A program made the translations under genes and the position numbers. Positions 56,041 to 63,116 of a stretch of 64,000 bases of DNA are shown piece by piece. Positions within the stretch are counted from its first letter, which is position 1. Each line of letters opens with the position of its first letter. The notes under the pieces were generated by a model. It ran no database searches and was not told the DNA's origin. It worked only from the letters and a program-made list of their open reading frames with translations. This stretch comes from a phage, in sequence record PZ445451.1. One strand, 5' to 3'.

Positions 56041-56934
56041 ATGAAAGTTAGTATTCTACATGGTGTTGATTGCTATGTTACTGATGTAGACGTTAAAGTG
56101 TTTACATTCTCTGGTGGAGAACAACATGTTCAATTAGATACGAATCTATCAGGTTTCAATCATGCTACAGACAGAATCTTACTCTCTTTAGAAGTAAGAT
56201 CTGCTAAAGACTTGATGACTTTGGTTATGACTAAGAATGCATTGGACAATATGCTATATCATAAACCATATTGTGTTGATTTGCTCATGTTGTATGTGCC
56301 ATATGCACGACAAGACAGAGTGTGTGAACCTGGGGAAGCATTCGGAGTTAAAGCATTTGCTTCTATAATTAATTCATTAAATTTCTCACGTGTTATAGTT
56401 GCTGATCCACATAGTGATGTTACTCCAGCAGTGTTTGACAGACTCTGTGTAATACCTCAAGAAGAGATTGCTTACGAAACTTTAAAGTGGAAGTTACGTA
56501 TGGAGAATTTTGCTCTTGTTAGTCCTGATGGTGGTGCTCTTAAGAAAATATTTAAATTATCTAAGAAAATGTCTTTAGATGTGTTCTGTGCAGAGAAGGT
56601 TAGAGATACTGCAACAGGTGCTATTGTTCGTACAGACATTTCTGTACAGGATTTCAATAAGCGTAACCTAATGATCGTAGATGATATCTGTGACGGCGGT
56701 AGAACTTTTATTGAATTGGCTAAAGTGCTACGTGCTCGTAACGCAGGTAAGATTGAGTTATATGTTACACACGGTATCTTTTCTAAAGGTCTTAAAGAGT
56801 TAAGTGAGCACTTTGACTGCATTCATTCTCTTAATGTGTGGGAAGATAACATCCAAGAAGATTCCGGTGTTCTTGTTAAGAATCAGTCGGATTTGCAACA
56901 ACAAATTGTATCTCCATACGTGTGGAATTTTTAA
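56041..56934 (+). CDS. ribose-phosphate pyrophosphokinase family protein (PRPP synthetase or Adps-type ADP-ribose pyrophosphate synthetase)
   Basis: YVPYARQDR, VSPDGG and MIVDDICDGGRT match the Prs ribose-5-P loop and PRPP-binding motif. Confidence 0.85.
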   Translation: MKVSILHGVDCYVTDVDVKVFTFSGGEQHVQLDTNLSGFNHATDRILLSLEVRSAKDLMTLVMTKNALDNMLYHKPYCVDLLMLYVPYARQDRVCEPGEAFGVKAFASIINSLNFSRVIVADPHSDVTPAVFDRLCVIPQEEIAYETLKWKLRMENFALVSPDGGALKKIFKLSKKMSLDVFCAEKVRDTATGAIVRTDISVQDFNKRNLMIVDDICDGGRTFIELAKVLRARNAGKIELYVTHGIFSKGLKELSEHFDCIHSLNVWEDNIQEDSGVLVKNQSDLQQQIVSPYVWNF

Positions 56935-57005
56935 ATAATACGTGTTGACAATAGGGAGTATGCTTAGTAAGATACTCCCACACTAACAAACAAGGAGACA
57001 TAACT

Positions 57006-58739
57006 ATGAATATTTTTGCACCTTTTGCTACTGATTGGTATAAACCTGGTCACAAGCAGATGTACAACCAAAATACAAAACTCATTTTCTCTAACTTAAC
57101 TCCTCGTAATGATAAAAACTTTGCAAACTACGCAGAACGTGAAGCACGTGGTGTAATTGTTTTAGGTATTCGTCGAGCAGTTACTGATGCTCTTGTAACT
57201 ATGTGGGATAGCTTCTTTAAAATGTCTCGTAGTGCAGCAGTAAATAAGTTTTATCGTATGTCTAAAAATGCATTAGGTGCTTCTGCTCCTTCTGCTGAAT
57301 GTTGGGGAGAATTGCACGATTTAGGTTATCTTCCGCTGGAAGTTCGATCTCTGCCAGAAGGTGTTTTGTGTCCTATTGGTGTTCCTGTGTTTACTGTGCA
57401 TAATACTTTAGAAAAATTCTTTTGGTTAACTAACTATGTGGAAACACTATTGTCAGATGAAACTTGGAAGACAATGACTAATGCTACAGCAGCTTTTCAG
57501 TATAAGCGTATTGCTATGGCATATGCGATGGCAACGTGTGATAATATTGATCACGTTAACTTCCAGTGTCATGATTTTAGCCTACGTGGTTTAAGTAATA
57601 TCGAAGATGGTTATAAGAGTGGTATCGCTCATTTGGCATCTTTCACAGGAACAGATAACATTCTGGCTATTGAGACTGTGCATGATTATTATGGTATTGA
57701 TTATGATCAGTTTGTTGCAGGTTCTATTCCGGCAACAGAACATTCAGTAGCAACGACTAACATTGGAGCTATTGTTGAAGATCTGAAGAAACATTTCCCA
57801 CATCTTAAAGATGATGTTGATGGGCTTCGTTATGTAGCAGAGAAAGAGTTTCTTCGCCGCTATATTGAAGAAATTGTTCCAGAAGGTTTTTGTTCATATG
57901 TAGCAGATTCTTATGATTACTGGGCTGTCTTGACTCGCATTCTGGTAGAATTGAAAGAATCCATTATGTCACGAAATGGTCGTCTTGTTATTCGTCCAGA
58001 TTCAGGAGATCCGGTTAAAGTTGTTGCAGGATACAATGTTGAATCTTTTGCTAACTATGAAGACCTTTTAAATAATGGTATTGCTACAGCCACTGAAGTA
58101 GTTCATTTGGTTGATGTTAATAAATATTACAATGTTCTTCAGGATTGCAGTGTTGCTGATTGTATTGATGAAACTTATGAGATTCCTTATTGTGAAGCAG
58201 TAGGTTCTATTCAAATCCTTTGGGAAGTGTTTGGTGGTACTATCAACCGAAAAGGCTACAAGGTTCTTGATCAGCACATCGGTATGATTTATGGTGATTC
58301 TATTACTGTTGAACGAGAACACGAGATCTTACGCCGACTGAAGAAGAAAGGTTTTGCAGCTTCCAATATTGTATTTGGTGTTGGTAGTTATACTTATCAG
58401 TTCAATACACGAGATACTTTTGGTTTTGCTGTTAAAGCAACAGGTAGTATCATCGGTGAACACGAAATTTTGGTAAGTAAGGAGCCTAAAACTGATCCTG
58501 GTAAACGATCTGCAAAAGGTTTTATTAAGGTTGTTAAGGATACAAATGGTAAACTTTCTCTTGTGGATAATCTTTCTTTTAAAGATATCCAAGATGAAGA
58601 CAATGAGTTAAAAGTTATCTTCAGGGATGGTACGGTTATTACACCACAAGTAGAAGGACGTGATGAAACATTTACTGATATCCGTAACCGTGTTGATGTA
58701 GAGGTTCTTCGTACTATGGGAACCATCCAGGTTGACTAA
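57006..58739 (+). CDS. nicotinamide phosphoribosyltransferase family protein (NadV/NAMPT or Namat-type)
   Basis: TDWYKPGH, PEGVLCPIGVPVFTVHNT, FWLTNYVETLL, HDFSLRGLSN and FTGTDNILA align with conserved NAMPT blocks. Confidence 0.85.
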   Translation: MNIFAPFATDWYKPGHKQMYNQNTKLIFSNLTPRNDKNFANYAEREARGVIVLGIRRAVTDALVTMWDSFFKMSRSAAVNKFYRMSKNALGASAPSAECWGELHDLGYLPLEVRSLPEGVLCPIGVPVFTVHNTLEKFFWLTNYVETLLSDETWKTMTNATAAFQYKRIAMAYAMATCDNIDHVNFQCHDFSLRGLSNIEDGYKSGIAHLASFTGTDNILAIETVHDYYGIDYDQFVAGSIPATEHSVATTNIGAIVEDLKKHFPHLKDDVDGLRYVAEKEFLRRYIEEIVPEGFCSYVADSYDYWAVLTRILVELKESIMSRNGRLVIRPDSGDPVKVVAGYNVESFANYEDLLNNGIATATEVVHLVDVNKYYNVLQDCSVADCIDETYEIPYCEAVGSIQILWEVFGGTINRKGYKVLDQHIGMIYGDSITVEREHEILRRLKKKGFAASNIVFGVGSYTYQFNTRDTFGFAVKATGSIIGEHEILVSKEPKTDPGKRSAKGFIKVVKDTNGKLSLVDNLSFKDIQDEDNELKVIFRDGTVITPQVEGRDETFTDIRNRVDVEVLRTMGTIQVD

Positions 58740-58810
58740 ATAAAAACTTCGTGATAAGATTAAGGTAAGGAGAGCCTGCAACTGCCCTGGATGGGCTTCA
58801 CGAAGGATTT

Positions 58811-59032
58811 ATGAAACAACATAATTTTTATTTTCGTTGCCGAGCCTGTAACAGACACTTGACTAATCACTCCCGTAGAGACAGGAATGGTAATATTCAA
58901 GAGTCGGATCTATGCTCAATTTGTACAAGTTTGGCATTCGACGACAGTCCCGAAAGGGTTTATCAACATCAAAGTGTAACTGATCTTCTTCTAAATTACA
59001 CAGCACCAGAGGAGGAATTAGATTTCACATAA
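58811..59032 (+). CDS. small zinc-ribbon protein (73 aa)
   Basis: Track ORF; CRAC ... CSIC Cys pairs. Confidence 0.5.
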   Translation: MKQHNFYFRCRACNRHLTNHSRRDRNGNIQESDLCSICTSLAFDDSPERVYQHQSVTDLLLNYTAPEEELDFT

Positions 59033-59045
59033 TTAAGGAAACAGT

Positions 59046-59156
59046 ATGTCTACAGAAATTATTTTTGGCTTATCTGTTTTTATTGCTATTGTATCTTTTG
59101 TATGCGGTTATACACTAGGTTACAGATCAAGAAAAAATATTGTAAAAACTAGTTGA
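59046..59156 (+). CDS. small hydrophobic peptide (36 aa), not in track
   Basis: ATG 59046 after AAGGAAACAGT; single TM helix. Confidence 0.3.
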   Translation: MSTEIIFGLSVFIAIVSFVCGYTLGYRSRKNIVKTS

Positions 59157-59211
59157 CAACATAGCTAGTTATTTGCTAAGATAAGCACAAGTTAAACAAA
59201 AGGAGAAAACT

Positions 59212-59478
59212 ATGACAGAAAAGACTTATGGTAAAGAATTGATTGAGAAGCACGTATTGATTGATAATAAAGGTGGAGCAATCTTTATTTTTGAACCTGA
59301 ATCAGTTCTTACTGAAAACGAAAATGGTAGCGTTAGCCTTAAAACAGAAAGTTTGGTAATTGACTTCCTTGCTCTTCTGGATGAAATGGGGCTTCCTCAC
59401 GAAGAAGAAGCAGCTATTGCTTTGATTGCAGTTCTTCTGGAGAAACGCGAAGCTGGTGAAATGACCCAGTATGCTTAA
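59212..59478 (+). CDS. hypothetical acidic protein (88 aa)
   Basis: Track ORF; AAAGGAGAAAAC RBS; promoter-like TTGACA at 59153. Confidence 0.6.
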   Translation: MTEKTYGKELIEKHVLIDNKGGAIFIFEPESVLTENENGSVSLKTESLVIDFLALLDEMGLPHEEEAAIALIAVLLEKREAGEMTQYA

Positions 59479-59485
59479 TATTCAA

Positions 59486-59561
59486 GGTTCCATAGCTCAC
59501 TGACGAGAGCGAACACCTCATAAGTGTCGAGGGCAGGGATTGTAACCCTGGGGAACCACCA
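59486..59561 (+). tRNA. tRNA-Met/Ile2 (anticodon CAT), atypical T-loop
   Basis: Hand-folded cloverleaf: 6/7 acceptor pairs, D-stem GCTC/GAGC, anticodon loop CTCATAA, T-stem CAGGG/CCCTG, loop ATTGTAA (non-canonical), CCA encoded. Confidence 0.5.
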
Positions 59562-59592
59562 TTTAAAAGGAGGTGTTATGCATCTCCTATAT

Positions 59593-59678
59593 GCAAGTGT
59601 GGTGGAATTGGTGATACACATTGTGCTTAAAACGCAACGCTTAAATGATTGAGGGTTCGAATCCCTCCACTTGCACCA
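59593..59678 (+). tRNA. tRNA-Leu (anticodon TAA), type II
   Basis: Acceptor GCAAGTG/CACTTGC, anticodon loop CTTAAAA, 13-nt variable arm, T-arm GAGGG-TTCGAAT-CCCTC, A73, CCA encoded. Confidence 0.75.
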
Positions 59679-59680
59679 AC

Positions 59681-59786
59681 GCCTAGTAGGGTATTTGGTA
59701 ATTCCGAGGCCATCAAAGCCTGAAAAATATGTTAGACCGCTTTGTCTAACTAAATACGAAATATGGTTCGATTCCATAACTAGGCT
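59681..59786 (+). ncRNA. aberrant tRNA-like element (~105 nt; perfect acceptor plus canonical T-arm but no standard D/anticodon arms)
   Basis: GCCTAGT (59681-87) pairs perfectly with ACTAGGC (59779-85); T-arm TATGG-TTCGATT-CCATA; internal hairpin GTTAGAC-CGCTTT-GTCTAAC. Confidence 0.3.
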
Positions 59787-59860
59787 TCAATTTAAATAGT
59801 AATTTTAGTAAAAAATATCTTGACATTTACTTAGTTTTTTTGTTATAGTCGTTATGAAAA

Positions 59861-59942
59861 CGGGGTGTATCTCACCTGACTTCTAATCAGGCGTTAACCG
59901 AGTAATTGGAGTATGCAGGTTCGAATCCTGTCACCCCGGCCA
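59861..59942 (+). tRNA. tRNA-Arg(TCT)-like RNA lacking a D-arm
   Basis: 7 bp acceptor, canonical anticodon arm CCTGA-CTTCTAA-TCAGG, canonical T-arm GCAGG-TTCGAAT-CCTGT, CCA encoded; only 7 nt between acceptor and anticodon stem and a 23-nt insert before the T-arm; TTGACA promoter at 59820. Confidence 0.45.
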
Positions 59943-60005
59943 AAAAGTTTTAAAAACTGCTTGACAAGCAAGATAGTTTTATGTTAGATTTAAAGTATGA
60001 TAACT

Positions 60006-60095
60006 GGAAGGTAGGGCGCAGCGGTGCGCAACCAGGTTTGAACCCTGGCCCATTGTAGCGATACGGTGATGGTTCGACTCCATTATCTTCCTCCA
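60006..60095 (+). tRNA. tRNA-Ser (anticodon TGA), type II
   Basis: Acceptor GGAAGGT, 3 bp D-stem, anticodon arm CCAGG-TTTGAAC-CCTGG, 19-nt variable arm, T-arm GATGG-TTCGACT-CCATT, CCA encoded. Confidence 0.7.
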
Positions 60096-60101
60096 AATTC
60101 A

Positions 60102-60266
60102 ATGAGTGATTTTATGAATTATAAAACTATTGGACAGGTTGTTACCGGAGTTAAGATTGTAAATAATAAAGTTGTTTATGAGTATTCTAATCTTCAACAA
60201 TCTGAAGATGGTAAGAATATTCGTATGGTAAAAGCAGAACAAAAAGATTCCGGTTGTTTTGAATAA
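60102..60266 (+). CDS. small protein embedded in the tRNA cluster (54 aa)
   Basis: Track ORF 60066-60266 trimmed to the first ATG beyond tRNA-Ser; weak RBS. Confidence 0.35.
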   Translation: MSDFMNYKTIGQVVTGVKIVNNKVVYEYSNLQQSEDGKNIRMVKAEQKDSGCFE

Positions 60267-60274
60267 TTAAGAAC

Positions 60275-60360
60275 GGTAGATTGGTGAAATGGTAGCCACA
60301 ACAGTTTGCTAAACTGTCGTCGGAAACGGCGTGTAGGTTCAAGTCCTACATCTACCGCCA
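60275..60360 (+). tRNA. tRNA-Ser (anticodon GCT), type II
   Basis: Acceptor GGTAGAT/ATCTACC, anticodon arm ACAGT-TTGCTAA-ACTGT, 15-nt variable arm, T-arm GTAGG-TTCAAGT-CCTAC, G73, CCA. Confidence 0.75.
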
Positions 60361-60495
60361 AGTTATCTTTAATGTAGCTTGTAATCTTACTTTAGCAGAG
60401 TAAATCTTCGGCAAGTGGCGGTAACCACTTTACCGATACCCCAATACTTCATAGCTAAGTGCCGCAAACACTGGCTATTTTAAAGATAATTTTAT

Positions 60496-60570
60496 ACATC
60501 GTTAGCCAAGCGGTAAGGCACTTGACTTTTAATCAAGGGAGCGAAGGTTCGAATCCTTCACGATGTACCA
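60496..60570 (+). tRNA. tRNA-Lys (anticodon TTT)
   Basis: Acceptor ACATCGT/ACGATGT, anticodon arm CTTGA-CTTTTAA-TCAAG, T-arm GAAGG-TTCGAAT-CCTTC, CCA. Confidence 0.7.
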
Positions 60571-60575
60571 AACAC

Positions 60576-60662
60576 GTAGGTATCGCATAGCGGCAATTGC
60601 TGGAGACTGTAAATCTCCTGCCCTTCGGGGCTTCGTTGGTTCGAGTCCAACTACCTGCACCA
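60576..60662 (+). tRNA. tRNA-Tyr (anticodon GTA), type II
   Basis: Acceptor GTAGGTA/TACCTGC, anticodon arm GGAGA-CTGTAAA-TCTCC, 16-nt variable arm, T-arm GTTGG-TTCGAGT-CCAAC, A73, CCA. Confidence 0.75.
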
Positions 60663-60669
60663 AATTAAA

Positions 60670-60754
60670 GATGGATTGGCCTAGTGGTTGGGCGACGGAC
60701 TGTTAATCCGTGAACGAAAGTTCTAGCAAGGTTCAAATCCTTGATCCATCGCCA
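60670..60754 (+). tRNA. type II (Ser-like scaffold, G73) tRNA carrying an Asn anticodon GTT
   Basis: Acceptor GATGGAT/ATCCATC, 3 bp D-stem, anticodon arm ACGGA-CTGTTAA-TCCGT, 15-nt variable arm GAACGAAAGTTCTAG, T-arm CAAGG-TTCAAAT-CCTTG, G73, CCA. Confidence 0.6.
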
Positions 60755-60833
60755 AATAGTGCTTGTAGAGTTAATAGAAACCTCTAGAATTTTCTAGAAT
60801 TGTAGGTATCAAATCCTACCAAGCAAATATTTT

Positions 60834-60908
60834 GCTCCTATCGTATAACGGCTATTACGGTTGCCTTGTAAGCAACTTATCAGGGTTCGAGTCCTTGTGG
60901 GAGCACCA
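60834..60908 (+). tRNA. tRNA-Thr (anticodon TGT)
   Basis: Acceptor GCTCCTA/TGGGAGC, anticodon arm GTTGC-CTTGTAA-GCAAC, T-arm CAGGG-TTCGAGT-CCTTG, CCA. Confidence 0.7.
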
Positions 60909-60925
60909 ATTTTAACTCTAAAGGA

Positions 60926-61255
60926 GTGTATGTGACAGAAAAAGAGTTAGAGAAATATTTTAATATCAATGTTTTCGATGGTTTTGATGATATCGAAGAT
61001 GTTGAAAGATATTATGAAGTAGAGTTAGATAAGGATAACATTGTAATTCTTTCTGCCACTTATGATTGTGCATATTATGAAGGCGAATCTCACGTTTATT
61101 TTTATGATATGAAAACATCTTTGTTTTATGAAGTACACGCATATCATTGTTCTTGTTATGGTTTAGAAGGTCAGTGGGAACCTGAAGAAATAGGTGATTT
61201 GGATTTTACTATTGCATATCTAAACAGACGTGGTGCATCTACTATTTTAAAATAA
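60926..61255 (+). CDS. hypothetical acidic protein (109 aa) inside the tRNA cluster
   Basis: Track ORF (GTG start) with AAGGAG RBS. Confidence 0.6.
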   Translation: MYVTEKELEKYFNINVFDGFDDIEDVERYYEVELDKDNIVILSATYDCAYYEGESHVYFYDMKTSLFYEVHAYHCSCYGLEGQWEPEEIGDLDFTIAYLNRRGASTILK

Positions 61256-61310
61256 ATATCAAAAGCCTCTTGACAAAGGGGCTAATAATATGTTAGAGTA
61301 ATATTGTTAA

Positions 61311-61385
61311 GCGGGTATAGTGTTAATGGTAGCATATGAGGTTTCCACCCTCCAGGTGCAGGTTCAAGTCCTGTTACTCGCTCCA
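61311..61385 (+). tRNA. tRNA-Gly (anticodon TCC)
   Basis: Acceptor GCGGGTA/TACTCGC, anticodon loop TTTCCAC, T-arm GCAGG-TTCAAGT-CCTGT, CCA; TTGACA promoter at 61270. Confidence 0.65.
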
Positions 61386-61484
61386 AGATTATTTAAATGG
61401 AATCGCTAGAGAAAATTTCTCTTTTCGCTCATGGTTTTCTCCTTCAAACTCTAGCGGTTCTTTTTAAATGATTTTTTAGTTTAT

Positions 61485-61559
61485 TGGAGATTAGCCTAGT
61501 GGGAAGGCAACGGCCTTTGAAGTCGTGATGACTAGGTTCGATTCCTAGATCTCCAGCCA
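61485..61559 (+). tRNA. tRNA-Gln (anticodon TTG)
   Basis: Acceptor TGGAGAT/ATCTCCA, anticodon arm ACGGC-CTTTGAA-GTCGT, T-arm CTAGG-TTCGATT-CCTAG, G73, CCA. Confidence 0.7.
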
Positions 61560-61566
61560 ATATTTA

Positions 61567-61642
61567 CAGTGCGTAGCGCAGTTGGTAGCGTGGGAGCTTT
61601 GGATGCTTCGGGTCGCAGGTTCGAGTCCTGCCGCACTGACCA
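61567..61642 (+). tRNA. tRNA-Pro (anticodon TGG)
   Basis: C1-G72 acceptor (typical of bacterial tRNA-Pro), anticodon arm GGAGC-TTTGGAT-GCTTC, T-arm GCAGG-TTCGAGT-CCTGC, A73, CCA. Confidence 0.75.
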
Positions 61643-61647
61643 AATTT

Positions 61648-61722
61648 GCAGAGATAGCTGAGACGGATTAGTGCTACCCTGAAAAGGTAGAAAGGATGGA
61701 TCGTTACCATCTCTCTGCACCA
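61648..61722 (+). tRNA. tRNA-Phe (anticodon GAA), atypical T-loop and weak D-stem
   Basis: Perfect 7 bp acceptor GCAGAGA/TCTCTGC, anticodon arm CTACC-CTGAAAA-GGTAG, T-stem GATGG/CCATC with loop ATCGTTA, CCA. Confidence 0.55.
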
Positions 61723-61799
61723 AATAACACCATCCAAGGAGTAGACTTGGTTAACTGTCAATATCACATTGAGGCTTCTTACAGTGGTGTACTTATTAT

Positions 61800-61884
61800 G
61801 GCTAAGTGGTGGAATGGTATACACGATACGCTTAGAACGTATTGCCCCAAGGGATTGTGAGTTCGAGTCTCACCTTAGCTACCA
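61800..61884 (+). tRNA. tRNA-Leu (anticodon TAG), type II
   Basis: Anticodon arm ATACG-CTTAGAA-CGTAT, 14-nt variable arm with CCC/GGG stem, T-arm GTGAG-TTCGAGT-CTCAC, A73, CCA. Confidence 0.7.
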
Positions 61885-61899
61885 AATTATTACAGATTG

Positions 61900-61978
61900 T
61901 GCGGGATAGAGGAGTCTGGTCGTCCTCGCCAGTTTCATATGCTGGAGATCATCGGTTCAAATCCGATTCCCGCCTCCA
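61900..61978 (+). tRNA. tRNA-Met or Ile2 (anticodon CAT) with 1:72 mismatch and 11-nt D-loop
   Basis: Acceptor TGCGGGA/TCCCGCC (U1xC72), D-stem GAGG/CCTC, anticodon arm CCAGT-TTCATAT-GCTGG, T-arm ATCGG-TTCAAAT-CCGAT, CCA. Confidence 0.6.
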
Positions 61979-62045
61979 ATAAATACCTCCCTTCTGGTGT
62001 AATGATTAAGTTACATTGACACTTCAAGGAACTCATAGCCGGGTA

Positions 62046-62119
62046 GATTTAAAAGAGTATGGTACTCAATATGGCTCCAAACCATAGATCAAGGGGTTCG
62101 ATTCCTCACCTTGCTGCCA
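62046..62119 (+). pseudogene. tRNA-Trp(CCA)-like element with unpaired acceptor stem (probable pseudo-tRNA)
   Basis: Good anticodon arm TATGG-CTCCAAA-CCATA and T-arm-like GGGG-TTCGATT-CCTC ending in CCA, but 5'/3' acceptor strands do not pair. Confidence 0.3.
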
Positions 62120-62124
62120 ATTAT

Positions 62125-62200
62125 TGTGGTATCGTACAGATGGTTAGTACACTCGACCGATAATCGAGAAACAACGGTTCGACTCCGTTTACCACGACCA
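62125..62200 (+). tRNA. tRNA-Ile (anticodon GAT)
   Basis: Acceptor TGTGGTA/TACCACG, D-stem GTAC/GTAC, anticodon arm CTCGA-CCGATAA-TCGAG, T-arm AACGG-TTCGACT-CCGTT, A73, CCA. Confidence 0.7.
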
Positions 62201-62311
62201 AACTCCGTGCCAGCGGTGTCTTCGAAGAACAAGCCTAGTTCCTTCTGAGATGGAGGGGTGCGACTCCTTAACGCACATACTACTACTACTAAATACTTAT
62301 CAGGAGATATT

Positions 62312-62581
62312 ATGTATACTTTAAAAGTAATTCGCAAGTTTCCTCAAGAAGAGGAAGTAAGAATTTATAACACTGTACCATTCGTAGTAAATGAAGAAGA
62401 ATTCTTTTATTGCTTAGAAGATGAAGTAATTATTCAATATCATTGGGAAGGTTACGACAGACAAGATGGTGTTGTAGCTTCTGTGCTTGCTGGTGATAGA
62501 GTGTTATTCATTCACAAAACTGAATCAGCATATTTAATGAATGATAAAGGACAAACTGTTAAAGTAATTAACAGACCATAA
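62312..62581 (+). CDS. hypothetical protein (89 aa)
   Basis: Track ORF 62258-62581 trimmed to ATG 62312 (CAGGAGAT RBS), which clears the tRNA region. Confidence 0.55.
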   Translation: MYTLKVIRKFPQEEEVRIYNTVPFVVNEEEFFYCLEDEVIIQYHWEGYDRQDGVVASVLAGDRVLFIHKTESAYLMNDKGQTVKVINRP

Positions 62582-62596
62582 AGAATTTTATAAAAG

Positions 62597-62617
62597 CCTC
62601 CTTTTTGGAGGTTTTTT
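62597..62617 (+). terminator. rho-independent terminator
   Basis: CCTCC-TTTTT-GGAGG stem followed by TTTTTT. Confidence 0.6.
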
Positions 62618-62687
62618 ATTATCTATAAAATAAAGATCTTTACAAAACGTATAAAATATGTTATCCTTAAGTAAGGAGGTGCATATT

Positions 62688-62978
62688 ATGCCTAAATTGA
62701 AAAGAGGTCGAGGTAGACCTACAGCCGAAATGCAACAGATTTATGCTATGGATGCTGCACAGGCGCAAGTAAAAGAAATTTTTGCTGGTCGTTATTTAGA
62801 TGCTATGCGTTACATTGCAGATCTTGTTGTAGATGAAAAGGCTTCTGCTAATATTAAGTTGACTGCTTCTAAGATCATCAAAGAACAAGTAGAAGAATGG
62901 CTGGAAGAACATTATGAATCTATGGAAGAAGAAGATATTCTTCCAGAAAATTCTCCCCCTCAAAAAATCGTTATCTAA
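62688..62978 (+). CDS. AT-hook-like DNA-binding protein (KRGRGRP motif), acidic C-terminus
   Basis: Track ORF 62658-62978 trimmed to ATG 62688 (AAGGAGG RBS). Confidence 0.5.
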   Translation: MPKLKRGRGRPTAEMQQIYAMDAAQAQVKEIFAGRYLDAMRYIADLVVDEKASANIKLTASKIIKEQVEEWLEEHYESMEEEDILPENSPPQKIVI

Positions 62979-63024
62979 TTCTCCTCTCTTGGGAACTTTG
63001 TTCCCCCTCTCCTTGTTAATTAAC

Positions 63025-63056
63025 ACCCCTTTCCGAAAGGTTAGGGGGTTTTTTAT
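63025..63056 (+). terminator. rho-independent terminator
   Basis: CCCCT ... AGGGGG stem followed by TTTTTTATTTT. Confidence 0.55.
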
Positions 63057-63116
63057 TTTATACCTATTGCTTTTATATATGTTTTTATGATATGATTAAT
63101 ACAGGAGGACTATAAA

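Noticed and set aside
59475-59777. Minus-strand track ORFs across the tRNA cluster (59475-59777, 61532-61723, 61564-61824, 62089-62337)
   Set aside because: They are antisense read-throughs of tRNA genes (the RDSNP/GFEP-type peptides are just translated T-arms) with no RBS; they are not genes.
60761-60827. tRNA-like hairpin with T-arm-like GTAGG-TATCAAAT-CCTAC
   Set aside because: Only 5 acceptor pairs, an 8-nt T-loop, and the middle forms a TCTAGA-ATTT-TCTAGA palindrome rather than D and anticodon arms; treated as a hairpin or decayed remnant, not a tRNA.
62201-62300. Possible extra tRNA after tRNA-Ile (contains GGGGTGCGACTCC)
   Set aside because: No complementary acceptor strands and a 5-nt loop instead of a T-loop; not a tRNA by manual folding.
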